DNA of 64,000 bases from a virus. Lineage: Duplodnaviria > Caudoviricetes. The position numbers and the translations under genes were made by a program. Of this stretch, positions 29,997-39,538 are shown piece by piece. The stretch covers positions 1 to 64,000 of IMG/VR virus record IMGVR_UViG_3300044557_000281; one strand, given 5' to 3'. The notes under the pieces are model-generated. The model made no database searches. It saw only the letters and a list, made by a program, of their open reading frames with translations, and was not told the origin of the DNA. Within the stretch, counting starts at the first letter, position 1. Each line of letters opens with the position of its first letter.

Positions 29997-30336
29997 GGTA
30001 TTTTCTCCTTATGAGGTCAAGCCTTATTGCCAGTACCTCGTATCTCTTACAAGTTCATTGTAACAAAGTTAATTAAGTAAGTCAACTACTAATTTCAATT
30101 CTTTTAAAACTTTCTTACCAGTTAACTTCTTGCTTATCTCTCTTACAAAACCTAGTATACACGCACTCTATTCCTAAGTCAACAACTAAATACAGTATTT
30201 TTCAAATTAATTTAAACCTTCATTTTTCTATTTATATAGTAGAAACACGACTATTTTAATTAATTTAAATAAACCTATTGCAATTTCATACCCAATCAAC
30301 TATACTAAATCTATCAAAGAAAGGAAGTAACATACC

Positions 30337-30540
30337 ATGACAAAACAAAACATATTTCGAACAAAAGTAGTAAGCACCCTATACACACTCTATCTAATCA
30401 TAGACACGCTTTATAAGCTGTTTAATAAAGAATGCCACAATCAGTCCCCAACCTATGTAAAGCGTCGTAAACGAGCTTATACAGCCTTATGGTTACTCTT
30501 AAGCCTAGTAGCTGCCCTAATCTTAAAAGCAATCTTATGA
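30337..30540 (+). CDS. Small protein with C-terminal TM helix
   Basis: Promoter and RBS upstream; LWLLLSLVAALILKAIL. Confidence 0.5.
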   Translation: MTKQNIFRTKVVSTLYTLYLIIDTLYKLFNKECHNQSPTYVKRRKRAYTALWLLLSLVAALILKAIL

Positions 30541-30713
30541 AATTGTGGGGATTCCCTGATACAACTATCTATGATTCAATTGTACTGATTTCGTTATATT
30601 ACAAAGGCTTAGAGTTAGTACAAATTAATCAATTAGATAAGAGTATTACCATTTACGACAGTGCAGACTGTTATAAACCAATGATTAAAAAGTTCTTAGA
30701 ATTATATCAATAG
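30537..30713 (+). CDS. Small hypothetical protein
   Basis: ATGA overlap with the preceding gene (MKLWGFPD). Confidence 0.45.
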   Translation: MKLWGFPDTTIYDSIVLISLYYKGLELVQINQLDKSITIYDSADCYKPMIKKFLELYQ

Positions 30714-30789
30714 ACTTGACAAAGGGAAAGAAGTGTGAAAGCTTCTTTTCTTCAGTCCCTAGTTCATTCAGCCAGCAGTCCCACGGATT

Positions 30790-30880
30790 CATGACAGCTA
30801 CTACTCCTAATCCATGACAGCTACTACTCCTAATCCATGACAGCTACTACCCCTAATCCATGACAGCTACTACCTAAATC
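30790..30880. repeat. 23-bp tandem repeat x4
   Basis: Unit CATGACAGCTACTACTCCTAATC. Confidence 0.9.
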
Positions 30881-31419
30881 AATTCATTCCTACCTGTAAG
30901 CTCATATAAGGCGTTCTAATGTTATCTAATGTAATTAACCCACACTATCCCCTAAACCGCTTAGAACGCAAACTAGACCCCTTGTAGGTCATTCTAACGA
31001 TAGTACATCCCTAAACTGTATACCCTGAATAGCCCATACTCTTATTACTTCATGACACTTACTATATAGCCAATGCCACCAGTAAGCTAAACACCCTACA
31101 AGTACACTGTAAGCCCACACAATCCGTTCTAAGCTATTGTAACCCTATTCTAGCATAATTACACCTCATAACTCTAAAACCTCTTAGAACGCAAATGAGA
31201 GCCTTATAAGCCTATACACAACATAATAGTATAATCATACTCTAGTTCACAATACCTCTAGGAGGCTCTGTAAGCCGTTCTAAGCCATTGTAAGTATAGG
31301 AAGTAACAACTACACTAGTCAATCTAACCAATACACTCATCCCCCTGCATAGTCTAATAGGGATGTCCTCTAATAATTGTATAGGGGATAACTACTAACC
31401 TACAGTCTATCCTAACCTT

Positions 31420-31800
31420 ATACCCTAAGCCTATCCTAATTCAATCTATCCTAAGCCTATCCTAATTCAATCTATCCTATCTTGAATGGACACACCCTTA
31501 TCCTAAGTCTTATCCTATCTAGTAGTTTATCCTAACTATCCTATCCTAATTCCACTGTAAATTAGAAAATGTATAAAATGTATAAAATAACATCCACATT
31601 TAGAAAAAGTCGTGAGTTTCCCCTAGGGAGAAAGTTCATTTCACCTCTTACAAAGCCCGGTAAATCAACATTCCTGTTTTTACCATATTTTTCATAAAAA
31701 TGTATAAAATAACTAAAAACTTGCATAAAACACCCAAAACACCCTAAATCTACCTAAATCTACCTAAATCTACCTAAATCTACCTAAATCTACCCTAAAA
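31420..31800. repeat. Short skewed repeats (CTATCCTA units; 10-bp TCTACCTAAA x5)
   Basis: Read directly at ~31420-31550 and ~31741-31797. Confidence 0.8.
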
Positions 31801-32216
31801 TAGCCCTCACCTCCCCCCTATGTAAAATGGACATTTTCCCTGTGGGTAAATCAGAATAACACTAACTCACTCTGATTGGTGTACTATTGGTACAGTAATT
31901 CACGGGGAAACAGTAAGAGTAACCTGAATGGTTAAACCCTAATGCTTTAATCAACTTGTACATACAAGTAAAGGGATGTCCTAAGACCATCCCCCTACTC
32001 TATGACATACCGTATAATAACCTTTACCTCATTCAATACCCCTACATAGTCTATCCCTACAATCCTACCCCCTGTAAAGTCATTGACTACCTTATTCAAC
32101 TTCACACTAAGAGTAACCTCATTCATCCCACTTACATTAGGTATAGTAGTAACATAATGATTGATATATTCCAAAACTAGCCACCTCCTTTCTCCTACAA
32201 TTTTCAGGTACCCTTT

Positions 32217-32705
32217 TTATAAAAATACATTCTTCCCTACTTTATTAAATCCATCAAAGTGACGGACTATGGTAAAGTAATCATCTAAGTCCCAGTGTAC
32301 CTGTGTAATTCCCTGCAATGCTTCTGTATACCTATGAATAGCCAGTACATACTCCCCTAAGTCCCTATACAAGTGTTCCATTGTGTCCCAGTGGTCAATA
32401 CTGGCTACTGTATAGTCCCTCTCTAAGTGACCGTTAACAACCACTCGTTCTAACTCTAAATCAACCCTACTTATCTCAATCACCTTACGGTCATTGTCCA
32501 CATACGTATAAGGGATAATAGCTAATAGACTACGTTCATTCATGAAAACATAGTTCATATCCATTACTAACAGTCCATCTATTACTTCCCCTGTACGGTC
32601 ATAGGCAGGTTCTACGTCCTCATACCAAGGGAATTCAAAAGTAGCCTTAAATTGTTCCTTATTCATTGTCCAGTTATTCCTATATAATTCTAGTGATTGT
32701 GTCAT
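32217..32705 (-). CDS. Hypothetical protein
   Basis: 162 aa; promoter and RBS GGAGGAAG. Confidence 0.65.
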   Translation of the reverse strand: MTQSLELYRNNWTMNKEQFKATFEFPWYEDVEPAYDRTGEVIDGLLVMDMNYVFMNERSLLAIIPYTYVDNDRKVIEISRVDLELERVVVNGHLERDYTVASIDHWDTMEHLYRDLGEYVLAIHRYTEALQGITQVHWDLDDYFTIVRHFDGFNKVGKNVFL

Positions 32706-33129
32706 AGTAACTTCCTCCTTAACTTTCTATAAACCTAGTATACTATACACTGATTAGCCTGTCAACCATTATCACTTAATTAGTACATTAAACTTTGATT
32801 AGTATAAGTAGTATAGGGATAGTAAGGTTGACTGCTGTGCTGGTAGGGGGTACTGGTTAAGAGTATAGGAAGCCGTATAAGAGGTTTGAATAGGTTAGAG
32901 GGATGATTAGTAGTATAGAGAGTAAGTTACCAGTAAGCCTTGTCAGGGACAGTATAGGGGCATAGTAGGTTAAAGGATGAGTATAGGGGAACTAGTATCG
33001 GTTACTAGGTGGACTGGTAGTGAGAAGTATAGGGGATAGTTATGAGTATTTATTATTGTTACAAATGCAACATAATTATGTAGGCTAGGGGGGATATATA
33101 GAGGGGATGTTGTGAATCTGGGGCTACAG

Positions 33130-33750
33130 TTTTTTTTTTTATTTGATTAAATTTTATTTTGATGGTCATGGGTTGACTCATATTAATTATCCCTTTCTTT
33201 GATTTTCAACATATCGTTTAATTGTTTGACTAGATACGTTCCCAGCTGTTGATACGAAATAACTACGTACCCATAAACTAGGCATTGCCTTTAGTTCTGA
33301 AAATTCATCACGTAACTGCCTTGATGTCCCTCCTTTAATTTTAGCCATTATATCAGCAGGACTATAAGTTGGTAGTGCATTTATGAAAAGATGACAGTGG
33401 TCTTTATCGGTTTCTAATGCCACTATGTTAAAGTCATATTTTTGAGCAATTTGACCTACCAATTCTTTAAACCTAGCATCTAAATGTTTATTAAAAAATA
33501 TTTTACGTCTGTATCTGGGGCAAAACACAAAATGATAGTTGATTAAACTTACGGTTGTTTTAGTTCTTCTGTACTCTTCCATGATTCAATGTTAACATGG
33601 AAATATATGTTAGTCAATAGCACATACATCAATTGTTGAAAAAAGGATAGTGAAAATTTGGCTCTTCGATTTCTCTAAAAGAGAAACCTTGTCACCACTT
33701 CACTACCATCCCACGATTAAAACCGTGGGCTTTCCCGTTCAGGTAATTCT
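33130..33750 (-). mobile_element. Truncated IS605 (left end + tnpA + first codons of tnpB)
   Basis: Left-end hairpin CCCACGGTTTTAATCGTGGG; MSQPMTIKIK follows tnpA and then breaks at poly-A. Confidence 0.75.
33187..33582 (-). CDS. tnpA: IS200/IS605 Y1 transposase
   Basis: YHFVFCPRYR; DHCH (HUH); LWVRSYFVST; IKRYVENQ. Confidence 0.92.
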   Translation of the reverse strand: MEEYRRTKTTVSLINYHFVFCPRYRRKIFFNKHLDARFKELVGQIAQKYDFNIVALETDKDHCHLFINALPTYSPADIMAKIKGGTSRQLRDEFSELKAMPSLWVRSYFVSTAGNVSSQTIKRYVENQRKG

Positions 33751-33860
33751 GTAACCTCTTTTTATTTTCTCTAAAATATTAACTACTTTCCGAATCTCGA
33801 CTCTAATACCACAAAGGTTCAAGGATATAGAGATTAAAGCAATAAATATTAGAAATTCCA

Positions 33861-34034
33861 TCACTCTTCCTCCCATTTCAACACAACGTCTCCTTCTTTT
33901 TCATACGTATCTAACCATCGCTGCTTACCATCGGAAAAGATACATAACCTTAACGGATAACCCATTTCATCAAATTGGATTACATTTGAACGTATTTTTA
34001 TTCTTGGTATATCCTTCTTTTTGAAGAACATCAC
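33861..34034 (-). CDS. Small hypothetical protein
   Basis: Start MFFKK after GGAAGAG RBS. Confidence 0.5.
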   Translation of the reverse strand: MMFFKKKDIPRIKIRSNVIQFDEMGYPLRLCIFSDGKQRWLDTYEKEGDVVLKWEEE

Positions 34035-34326
34035 TCTTCCTCCTGTTCCATTCCGCAAATGCAGTGAGGACTTGGTATTGTTCTTTAGTCAGTATATCAG
34101 ATATCTCCTCATTTTCCATTATGCGCCAAATTGTAAAAAATGGGTCCCAACCGTCTTGGTCTACTTTCAATACTTCCAAAACTGTCCGCTGGTTGTCGTT
34201 GAGAGAGACTACTGGCTTCAAAATTTCTCTAACCTTTTCTAATGTATTTTCTGCCGTATCAACTCCTGCACTATACATATCTAAAATAAATTTAATACCA
34301 ATAAGTGTTTCTTCTGCTTTAGTCAT
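33970..34326 (-). CDS. DUF1642-like prophage protein
   Basis: LNDNQRTVL...QVLTAFAEW, paralogous to 37387-37794. Confidence 0.55.
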   Translation of the reverse strand: MTKAEETLIGIKFILDMYSAGVDTAENTLEKVREILKPVVSLNDNQRTVLEVLKVDQDGWDPFFTIWRIMENEEISDILTKEQYQVLTAFAEWNRRKSDVLQKEGYTKNKNTFKCNPI

Positions 34327-35003
34327 TCCGCTACCTCCTGATTTTCTATTCGTTCTTTTGCAATGTCAAAATACTTTTGATCCAACTCCATGCCTATAAA
34401 GTTACGGTTATCATTTAAACAAGCGATACCAGTTGTGCCACTACCCATGAATGGGTCTAAGACTAAGTCACCTTCGGCACTACTCGCAGATACTAAATAC
34501 TCAAACAATGATAGACTTTTTTGTGTAGGGTGAATCTTCCCTCTCTCCGTAGGAAATTCCCATACGGAAGATTTAGTTTTAGCATAAAATTTTGTTTTTC
34601 TACGCTTTGCAAAAATACAATTTTCCATTGACGACAACCACATGTGCTGACCATTCATCGGAGAAGGGTTAGTTTTCTTCCAAGCACATTGTCGTACCAT
34701 GAAATCTTTATGCGCATTAAAATATGAGTAGATATGCGATACTTGTTCAATGCCACAGAAGATATAAATTCCTCCGTTTGAAACTCTACTTAACTCAATT
34801 AATAACTCGTCTATATCAAAATTAATTTTATCAGCGTTTCCTTTGTCAATATTTCTTAGTTGACCAGCGTACCTAGCTCTCTCTGCTCCCATCTTATTTA
34901 CCTCTCCATACGGGATGTCTGTTAAAATCATATCAATACTTTTATCAGGTACATTTTTCATCAGTTCCAAGCAATCACCTTGCAATAATTTCATTTCGCT
35001 CAT
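34323..35003 (-). CDS. N4C/N6A DNA methyltransferase (beta class)
   Basis: GDCLELM; DMILTDIPY; HPTQKS; DPFMGSGTTG. Confidence 0.88.
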   Translation of the reverse strand: MSEMKLLQGDCLELMKNVPDKSIDMILTDIPYGEVNKMGAERARYAGQLRNIDKGNADKINFDIDELLIELSRVSNGGIYIFCGIEQVSHIYSYFNAHKDFMVRQCAWKKTNPSPMNGQHMWLSSMENCIFAKRRKTKFYAKTKSSVWEFPTERGKIHPTQKSLSLFEYLVSASSAEGDLVLDPFMGSGTTGIACLNDNRNFIGMELDQKYFDIAKERIENQEVAE

Positions 35004-35078
35004 TTAATTCACTAAGGAGTAAAGTATACTTTAATCGGTGGCCACCAAACCTCCACTCCTTTCGCTTATTTAGTTATT

Positions 35079-35540
35079 TTAATTTAAAAGGTCACTATTT
35101 TCGTAAATGTTTCCAATTACTTTGATAGAATTACGAGGATCTTTTGTTAATTCACTAAGTTGTACACATGACCCGAATTGCCTTGTCAGAAATCCTCTAG
35201 TGAACAAGCTTTCTACTTCTGAATGATGTTCTATCTCTTTTACTTCTATACATGTAAATCCGTGAAAAGCCCATTGCTCGTCTTCGTTGCTATAGCTAAT
35301 CCAACTTACGGGCGCATTGTATGTTCCACCGTATCTACCGTATTCAAAAACTCTAACAATATCACCCTCATAAATCTCCACGCCGTTCTTGTCCTTGAGT
35401 CCCGTGTATTGCATTAAGATACGTTCTCCGCCTTCTTCATGAGCAAAACGAAATAAAACGCTATCGTCGTAGTCTTCACGCTCTCCAATTACCAATGTTT
35501 TGCGTTCTGTATCCCATTCACGAAATTTAATCTCTCTCAT
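35079..35540 (-). CDS. YopX-family protein
   Basis: MREIKFREWD; MQYTGLKDKNGVEIYEGDIV; VIGNIYEN. Confidence 0.85.
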   Translation of the reverse strand: MREIKFREWDTERKTLVIGEREDYDDSVLFRFAHEEGGERILMQYTGLKDKNGVEIYEGDIVRVFEYGRYGGTYNAPVSWISYSNEDEQWAFHGFTCIEVKEIEHHSEVESLFTRGFLTRQFGSCVQLSELTKDPRNSIKVIGNIYENSDLLN

Positions 35541-35568
35541 TCCGCTACCTCCTCCTCTAAGTACTCCG

Positions 35569-36831
35569 TTAGTTGAATTTAAATCTCTTTGCGATTTCAT
35601 ATATCACAGGTACGGTCACACTATTGCCAGCTTGTTTATATAGTTGGCTGTTGCTATTTACTTCTTGTGCTTTATCAAACGCCCAATCAGGAAAGCCTTG
35701 CAATCGCCAGCATTCCCTTGGGGTAAGTTTCCGTATCCGCAATCCGTCATAAATCCCGTGGCGGTCTTGGGTGTTTAATGTAAACGTTGGATCTCCATTC
35801 TCTTTAAATCTTCGCCCATTTTGTCGCTTGTTCATTCTATCTGGTGTAATCACTGGAACAACTACACCCTGATTCAGACCTGTTTCTAGTGTGTTTGCTC
35901 GCTGCTTTCCGACTCTTCCGCGCCTTGTTTTTGAATTAGGTTGGCTAATATTTACTGAATCACCAACTTGTGCTTCGGAATATCCTTTTTTCGTAGCTTC
36001 ACGAATGGTAATCTTAGGTTCACGTCCACCACCGCCCATCGTATTTAATGCAGGACTAACGCCAGCTGGATAATAAACTCGACCAGTTTGTGGGTTACCA
36101 CCAAAAGAATCACTGTCACTAATGTTTCCTACTTGTTTAATAGCAATTTGTTTTGGTCCTTTATAATCTCTGCTCATTAGAGTAGTTGAAAGACCAGTTG
36201 GGTCTAGCACATCCTGACTACCATACGAGCCATCCCTTCTACCGTTGAACAAGCGAACTATTTCATTTGTTTCACTAGTTGATCTGTTTTCTCTTTCGAT
36301 AGGAAAAACTTTTCTGGTACGTTTCCCTCTAAGATGCCCAACAATGAAGACACGTTCTCTGTTTTGAGGCACGACTTCTTTTGAATTGAGAACGTCCCAT
36401 TCACAGTCATACCCGATTTCATCCAGTTCAATTTGAAGCTTGGCAAAGTCCCATCCTCCGTTAATACTAAGTAAGTTTTTAACGTTCTCAATGAGTAAGA
36501 ACTCGGGTCTATTTTCTTCTTCGAGGTCTCTAATAAGTCGCGTAACTGTGAAAAACAAACTTGAACGATTACCTGTGAATCCTTTTTGTTTTCCTGCAAC
36601 ACTGATGTCTTGGCAAGGGAACCCGAAGCACCAAATATTGGCTCTTGGGATTTCATTTGCTCTAACGTTTGTAATGTCATGTGCTGTCCATTCTCCTTCT
36701 GTGTTGTGAATCGCTTTGTAACTGGCTCTTGCGAATTTATCCCATTCAACATAACCAACGCACTCGTGACCCGCTTGTTCCATCCCTAAACGGAATCCAC
36801 CAATGCCGGCGAATAAATCTAAAAACTTCAA
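35569..36831 (-). CDS. dcm: C5-cytosine DNA methyltransferase
   Basis: FAGIGG; GFPCQDIS; ENVKNL; PQNRER; LTPREC.RLQGFPD; QAGNSV. Confidence 0.93.
   Translation of the reverse strand: MKFLDLFAGIGGFRLGMEQAGHECVGYVEWDKFARASYKAIHNTEGEWTAHDITNVRANEIPRANIWCFGFPCQDISVAGKQKGFTGNRSSLFFTVTRLIRDLEEENRPEFLLIENVKNLLSINGGWDFAKLQIELDEIGYDCEWDVLNSKEVVPQNRERVFIVGHLRGKRTRKVFPIERENRSTSETNEIVRLFNGRRDGSYGSQDVLDPTGLSTTLMSRDYKGPKQIAIKQVGNISDSDSFGGNPQTGRVYYPAGVSPALNTMGGGGREPKITIREATKKGYSEAQVGDSVNISQPNSKTRRGRVGKQRANTLETGLNQGVVVPVITPDRMNKRQNGRRFKENGDPTFTLNTQDRHGIYDGLRIRKLTPRECWRLQGFPDWAFDKAQEVNSNSQLYKQAGNSVTVPVIYEIAKRFKFN
36258..36758 (-). CDS. Alternative-frame ORF inside dcm, resembling the M.EcoHK31I beta polypeptide N-half
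   Basis: NWMKSGMTVNG and SLLGILEGNVPEKFFLS motifs; 166 open codons in an overlapping frame. Confidence 0.5.
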   Translation of the reverse strand: MVMLNGINSQEPVTKRFTTQKENGQHMTLQTLEQMKSQEPIFGASGSLAKTSVLQENKKDSQVIVQVCFSQLRDLLETSKKKIDPSSYSLRTLKTYLVLTEDGTLPSFKLNWMKSGMTVNGTFSIQKKSCLKTENVSSLLGILEGNVPEKFFLSKEKTDQLVKQMK

Positions 36832-36880
36832 TTTACCTTCTCCTTTTTCTACATAATTGGCGTGGTTAGCGGACTATCCA

Positions 36881-37387
36881 CTAATTCTCGTAGATGTTAC
36901 CTAAAATAGTTATATCGCTTGATGTTAAGTTGAAATTGTGCAAGAATATTTCTTCTAAATCTTCCGCATCAGGTAAACTCACGGAAACAGAAATCCCATC
37001 AATTTCACTAGGTATAGGTTTGGGAGTATCGAAGTCATACTTGGCATCTTTGATAATCCATGCTGTTCCTGTTTCGTCTTTATCAACCACACCGATCATA
37101 TGATTTTCTTGGTAATAGCCCATAGGCCACTCTTCCCAAAAGATATCAATGATGTCACCTCTATAAACGTCCTTTTCTTCATCGTCTTCGTGTGAATCTG
37201 ACATATAACCTTTCAAGCCAGTTGATTGCATAAGCACCACATCGTTAAAATCCCGTGTCAATGTGTGTCTGTTTTCGTGGTCTCCATTGTCCGTCTCAAG
37301 CCAAACTGTGTTTTTCTCAAAGTCAATCTCATTGACGGTCATAATCATTTTGTATTTTTTATCCCATGCCATAAATTTTGGTACCAT
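36881..37387 (-). CDS. YopX-family protein
   Basis: PKFMAWDK; LMQSTGLK; GNIYEN. Confidence 0.82.
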   Translation of the reverse strand: MVPKFMAWDKKYKMIMTVNEIDFEKNTVWLETDNGDHENRHTLTRDFNDVVLMQSTGLKGYMSDSHEDDEEKDVYRGDIIDIFWEEWPMGYYQENHMIGVVDKDETGTAWIIKDAKYDFDTPKPIPSEIDGISVSVSLPDAEDLEEIFLHNFNLTSSDITILGNIYEN

Positions 37388-37752
37388 CACTCTTCCCCCT
37401 TGTTTCCCCATTCCGCAAAGGCAGCGAGGACTTGATTAGACTCGTTCCTATCTAACCTTAAAAATTCATCTGACATACATTTGTTAATAAAAATGTACAC
37501 TGCTTGCATTTTTGATTTGTAGCTTTGTTTCATAAAAATCTGGCACAACTGGTTCAATACGACCTGCTGATCGTTGGTGAGCTTAGGCGGTAACATCAAC
37601 CTAAACTCATTCGGATGTGTCTCAATCCACTTTCGGACGTCTGGGTCGTCGAGTGTGTTATGCCCGGAATTATAAATAACGCCAATCATGATGCTGTCAA
37701 AACTATCGGTAGTGAGGTTTTTATCCACAATCCACTCTTTGACTTGTCCTTT
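37387..37752 (-). CDS. DUF1642-like prophage protein
   Basis: LTNDQQVVL...QVLAAFAEW. Confidence 0.55.
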   Translation of the reverse strand, partial: KGQVKEWIVDKNLTTDSFDSIMIGVIYNSGHNTLDDPDVRKWIETHPNEFRLMLPPKLTNDQQVVLNQLCQIFMKQSYKSKMQAVYIFINKCMSDEFLRLDRNESNQVLAAFAEWGNKGEE

Positions 37753-37784
37753 CATTCTGCTACCTCTTTCTATTACTTTAATCA

Positions 37785-38393
37785 TCATATCCATCTAATA
37801 ATAGGTTCTCCTTGATAGCCTTTTTCAAAAACAAACCAACCGAAAGCCATAGTGCTTGCCCATTTTTTACCGTCCTTGTCCGTTGATTGACCATTGCGCC
37901 AAGGATTAGCACGATAAGAATATACATAAACATATTTTAAAGGTACAGTGGGGAACCATTCCTTTCTAGCAACCCCTTCTAAAAATTGAATCTTTAAAAA
38001 CATCATTACGTATTTTTTTGATACTTCTAGCGACTTATCAATCATTTCCTTTGCGTATTTGAAAGGCGGGTTTGTGAGCGTTAAATCATACATATTTTCA
38101 TCTGGATAACAATCTAAGTAATTCAACTGCTTTATATAAGAAGCTCTTGGGTTTATGTCATAACTATCAACCCGTATACCAGAATGGTATTTTTCCACAG
38201 TTTCAGTGATATGCCCAGCCCCTGCACAAGGTTCTAACATGCTAGAACCGTCTATCATTATCCCATCTCGCTCTAAAGCTTTTAAAAAATTAAGTGTATC
38301 GCGTGGATTGGTGGCATAGAAGTCACCATCTACGCGCCCTCTCTTTGGATTCCCGCCAGCTATGTTACTGCCTGTAACCACCGTTGTTCTCAT
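37785..38393 (-). CDS. Putative N6-adenine DNA methyltransferase
   Basis: DFYAT; LEPCAGAG; TNPPF; FLEG..R. Confidence 0.78.
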   Translation of the reverse strand: MRTTVVTGSNIAGGNPKRGRVDGDFYATNPRDTLNFLKALERDGIMIDGSSMLEPCAGAGHITETVEKYHSGIRVDSYDINPRASYIKQLNYLDCYPDENMYDLTLTNPPFKYAKEMIDKSLEVSKKYVMMFLKIQFLEGVARKEWFPTVPLKYVYVYSYRANPWRNGQSTDKDGKKWASTMAFGWFVFEKGYQGEPIIRWI

Positions 38394-38600
38394 TCTGCTA
38401 CCTCCTCTTTATTTCTAAGGTCATATACTATTACAGCACTAGGGAAGGTTGAACTACCTCTAGGGATACCATCTACTTCAAACCTCAATCGACCTTTAAT
38501 GAACCTAATATCGTCTGCTTTATTGAAGATGTAATCATGCCATCTTTTTGTATCTGTCCTAGCTGGTATAAGGAGAACTATAACCCCCCTCCAGTTAGAA
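38390..38600 (-). pseudogene. C-terminal fragment of a phage N6-adenine methyltransferase
   Basis: LIPARTDTKRWHDYIF..IRFIKGRLRF..FPSAVIVY; N-terminal half absent. Confidence 0.7.
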
Positions 38601-38612
38601 GAAATGGTATCA

Positions 38613-39146
38613 TTAATCTTTGATTTCTTTAATTGACACATTAACCACACAAGGGTCTGAATACAGTGCTTCCTTAGCTACTTGCATACGTTTAGGTAGT
38701 TTTAAGTTACTAGGCATTTGTTTCACTGCTTCTACATTATAATACACTGGAATACTTTTATCAAACTTTTTACGACTTCTTAAAGCTGTAATTTCAATTT
38801 GATAAATCATAACGATTTGAGAAATGTAGGCGTCTGTCTTACCCATAATTTCTGCCATTTCTTTAATGTTCCACATCTTTTTATTTAACGAACGAATTTC
38901 TTCTGCAATTTCTCTTCGTGAGTTCCGAATATCTTTACGACCTAAATTTCCTAGTAGGTTTGAATAAGCAACTAGTTCTGGGTCATTCATGTTTTTCACA
39001 CTTACTATAGAAGCGTCCTCCACTTGGTCATTTAAAATGTAACGGGCAATGACTTTGTTTTCCCCTAAGAACCGTTTCCGTTCATAGGTGACTGTTCCGT
39101 TTCCTAGTTTAAAAATATCTACTCCGTATTTTGTGTTTGCTTTCAT
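38613..39146 (-). CDS. HTH-containing hypothetical protein (paralog of 41228-41644)
   Basis: GNGTVTYERKRF; IKEMAEIMGKTDAYISQI. Confidence 0.65.
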   Translation of the reverse strand: MKANTKYGVDIFKLGNGTVTYERKRFLGENKVIARYILNDQVEDASIVSVKNMNDPELVAYSNLLGNLGRKDIRNSRREIAEEIRSLNKKMWNIKEMAEIMGKTDAYISQIVMIYQIEITALRSRKKFDKSIPVYYNVEAVKQMPSNLKLPKRMQVAKEALYSDPCVVNVSIKEIKD

Positions 39147-39240
39147 AATAAATCTCCCCCTTTACTTGATGAATTAAGTATAGCTTTTACTAATTAGTTT
39201 GTCAACTACTTTATTTAACTTTATTTCAAGGAACTAGAGA

Positions 39241-39465
39241 TTAATCTAGCTCCTTATTAAACTCACTACCATTTAAAATCAGTTGGTTATTTAGTACCGT
39301 GTAACTTGCTACTGCTCGTGGTTTAGATTGAATGTTACGAGTACGGGCACGGAATGATGAGGGAATATCTACAGCCACTTTAGCAGTAACCAGTACCTCT
39401 GTTTCGTCTGCAATCCCTAACTCCTCAACCTTATCCAGTAAGTTCTTCAGTTCTTTAATTGTCAT
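39241..39465 (-). CDS. Hypothetical protein
   Basis: RBS and promoter upstream. Confidence 0.55.
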   Translation of the reverse strand: MTIKELKNLLDKVEELGIADETEVLVTAKVAVDIPSSFRARTRNIQSKPRAVASYTVLNNQLILNGSEFNKELD

Positions 39466-39538
39466 GAGTAACTCCTCCTCTTGTTATCTTTGTTGAATTA
39501 AATATACCATGTGTTCACAATTCTGTCAACACTATTTT

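Larger units (their letters stand above)
25030..33130. other. Putative early-gene / long-terminal-repeat region
   Basis: Small minus-strand ORFs each with strong SigA promoters; flanked by skewed low-complexity DNA; convergence zone of transcription. Confidence 0.45.

Noticed and set aside
31956-32180. 74-aa ORF in C/T-skewed DNA
   Set aside because: Composition (Y/P/I/L-rich) mirrors the low-complexity skew; no RBS
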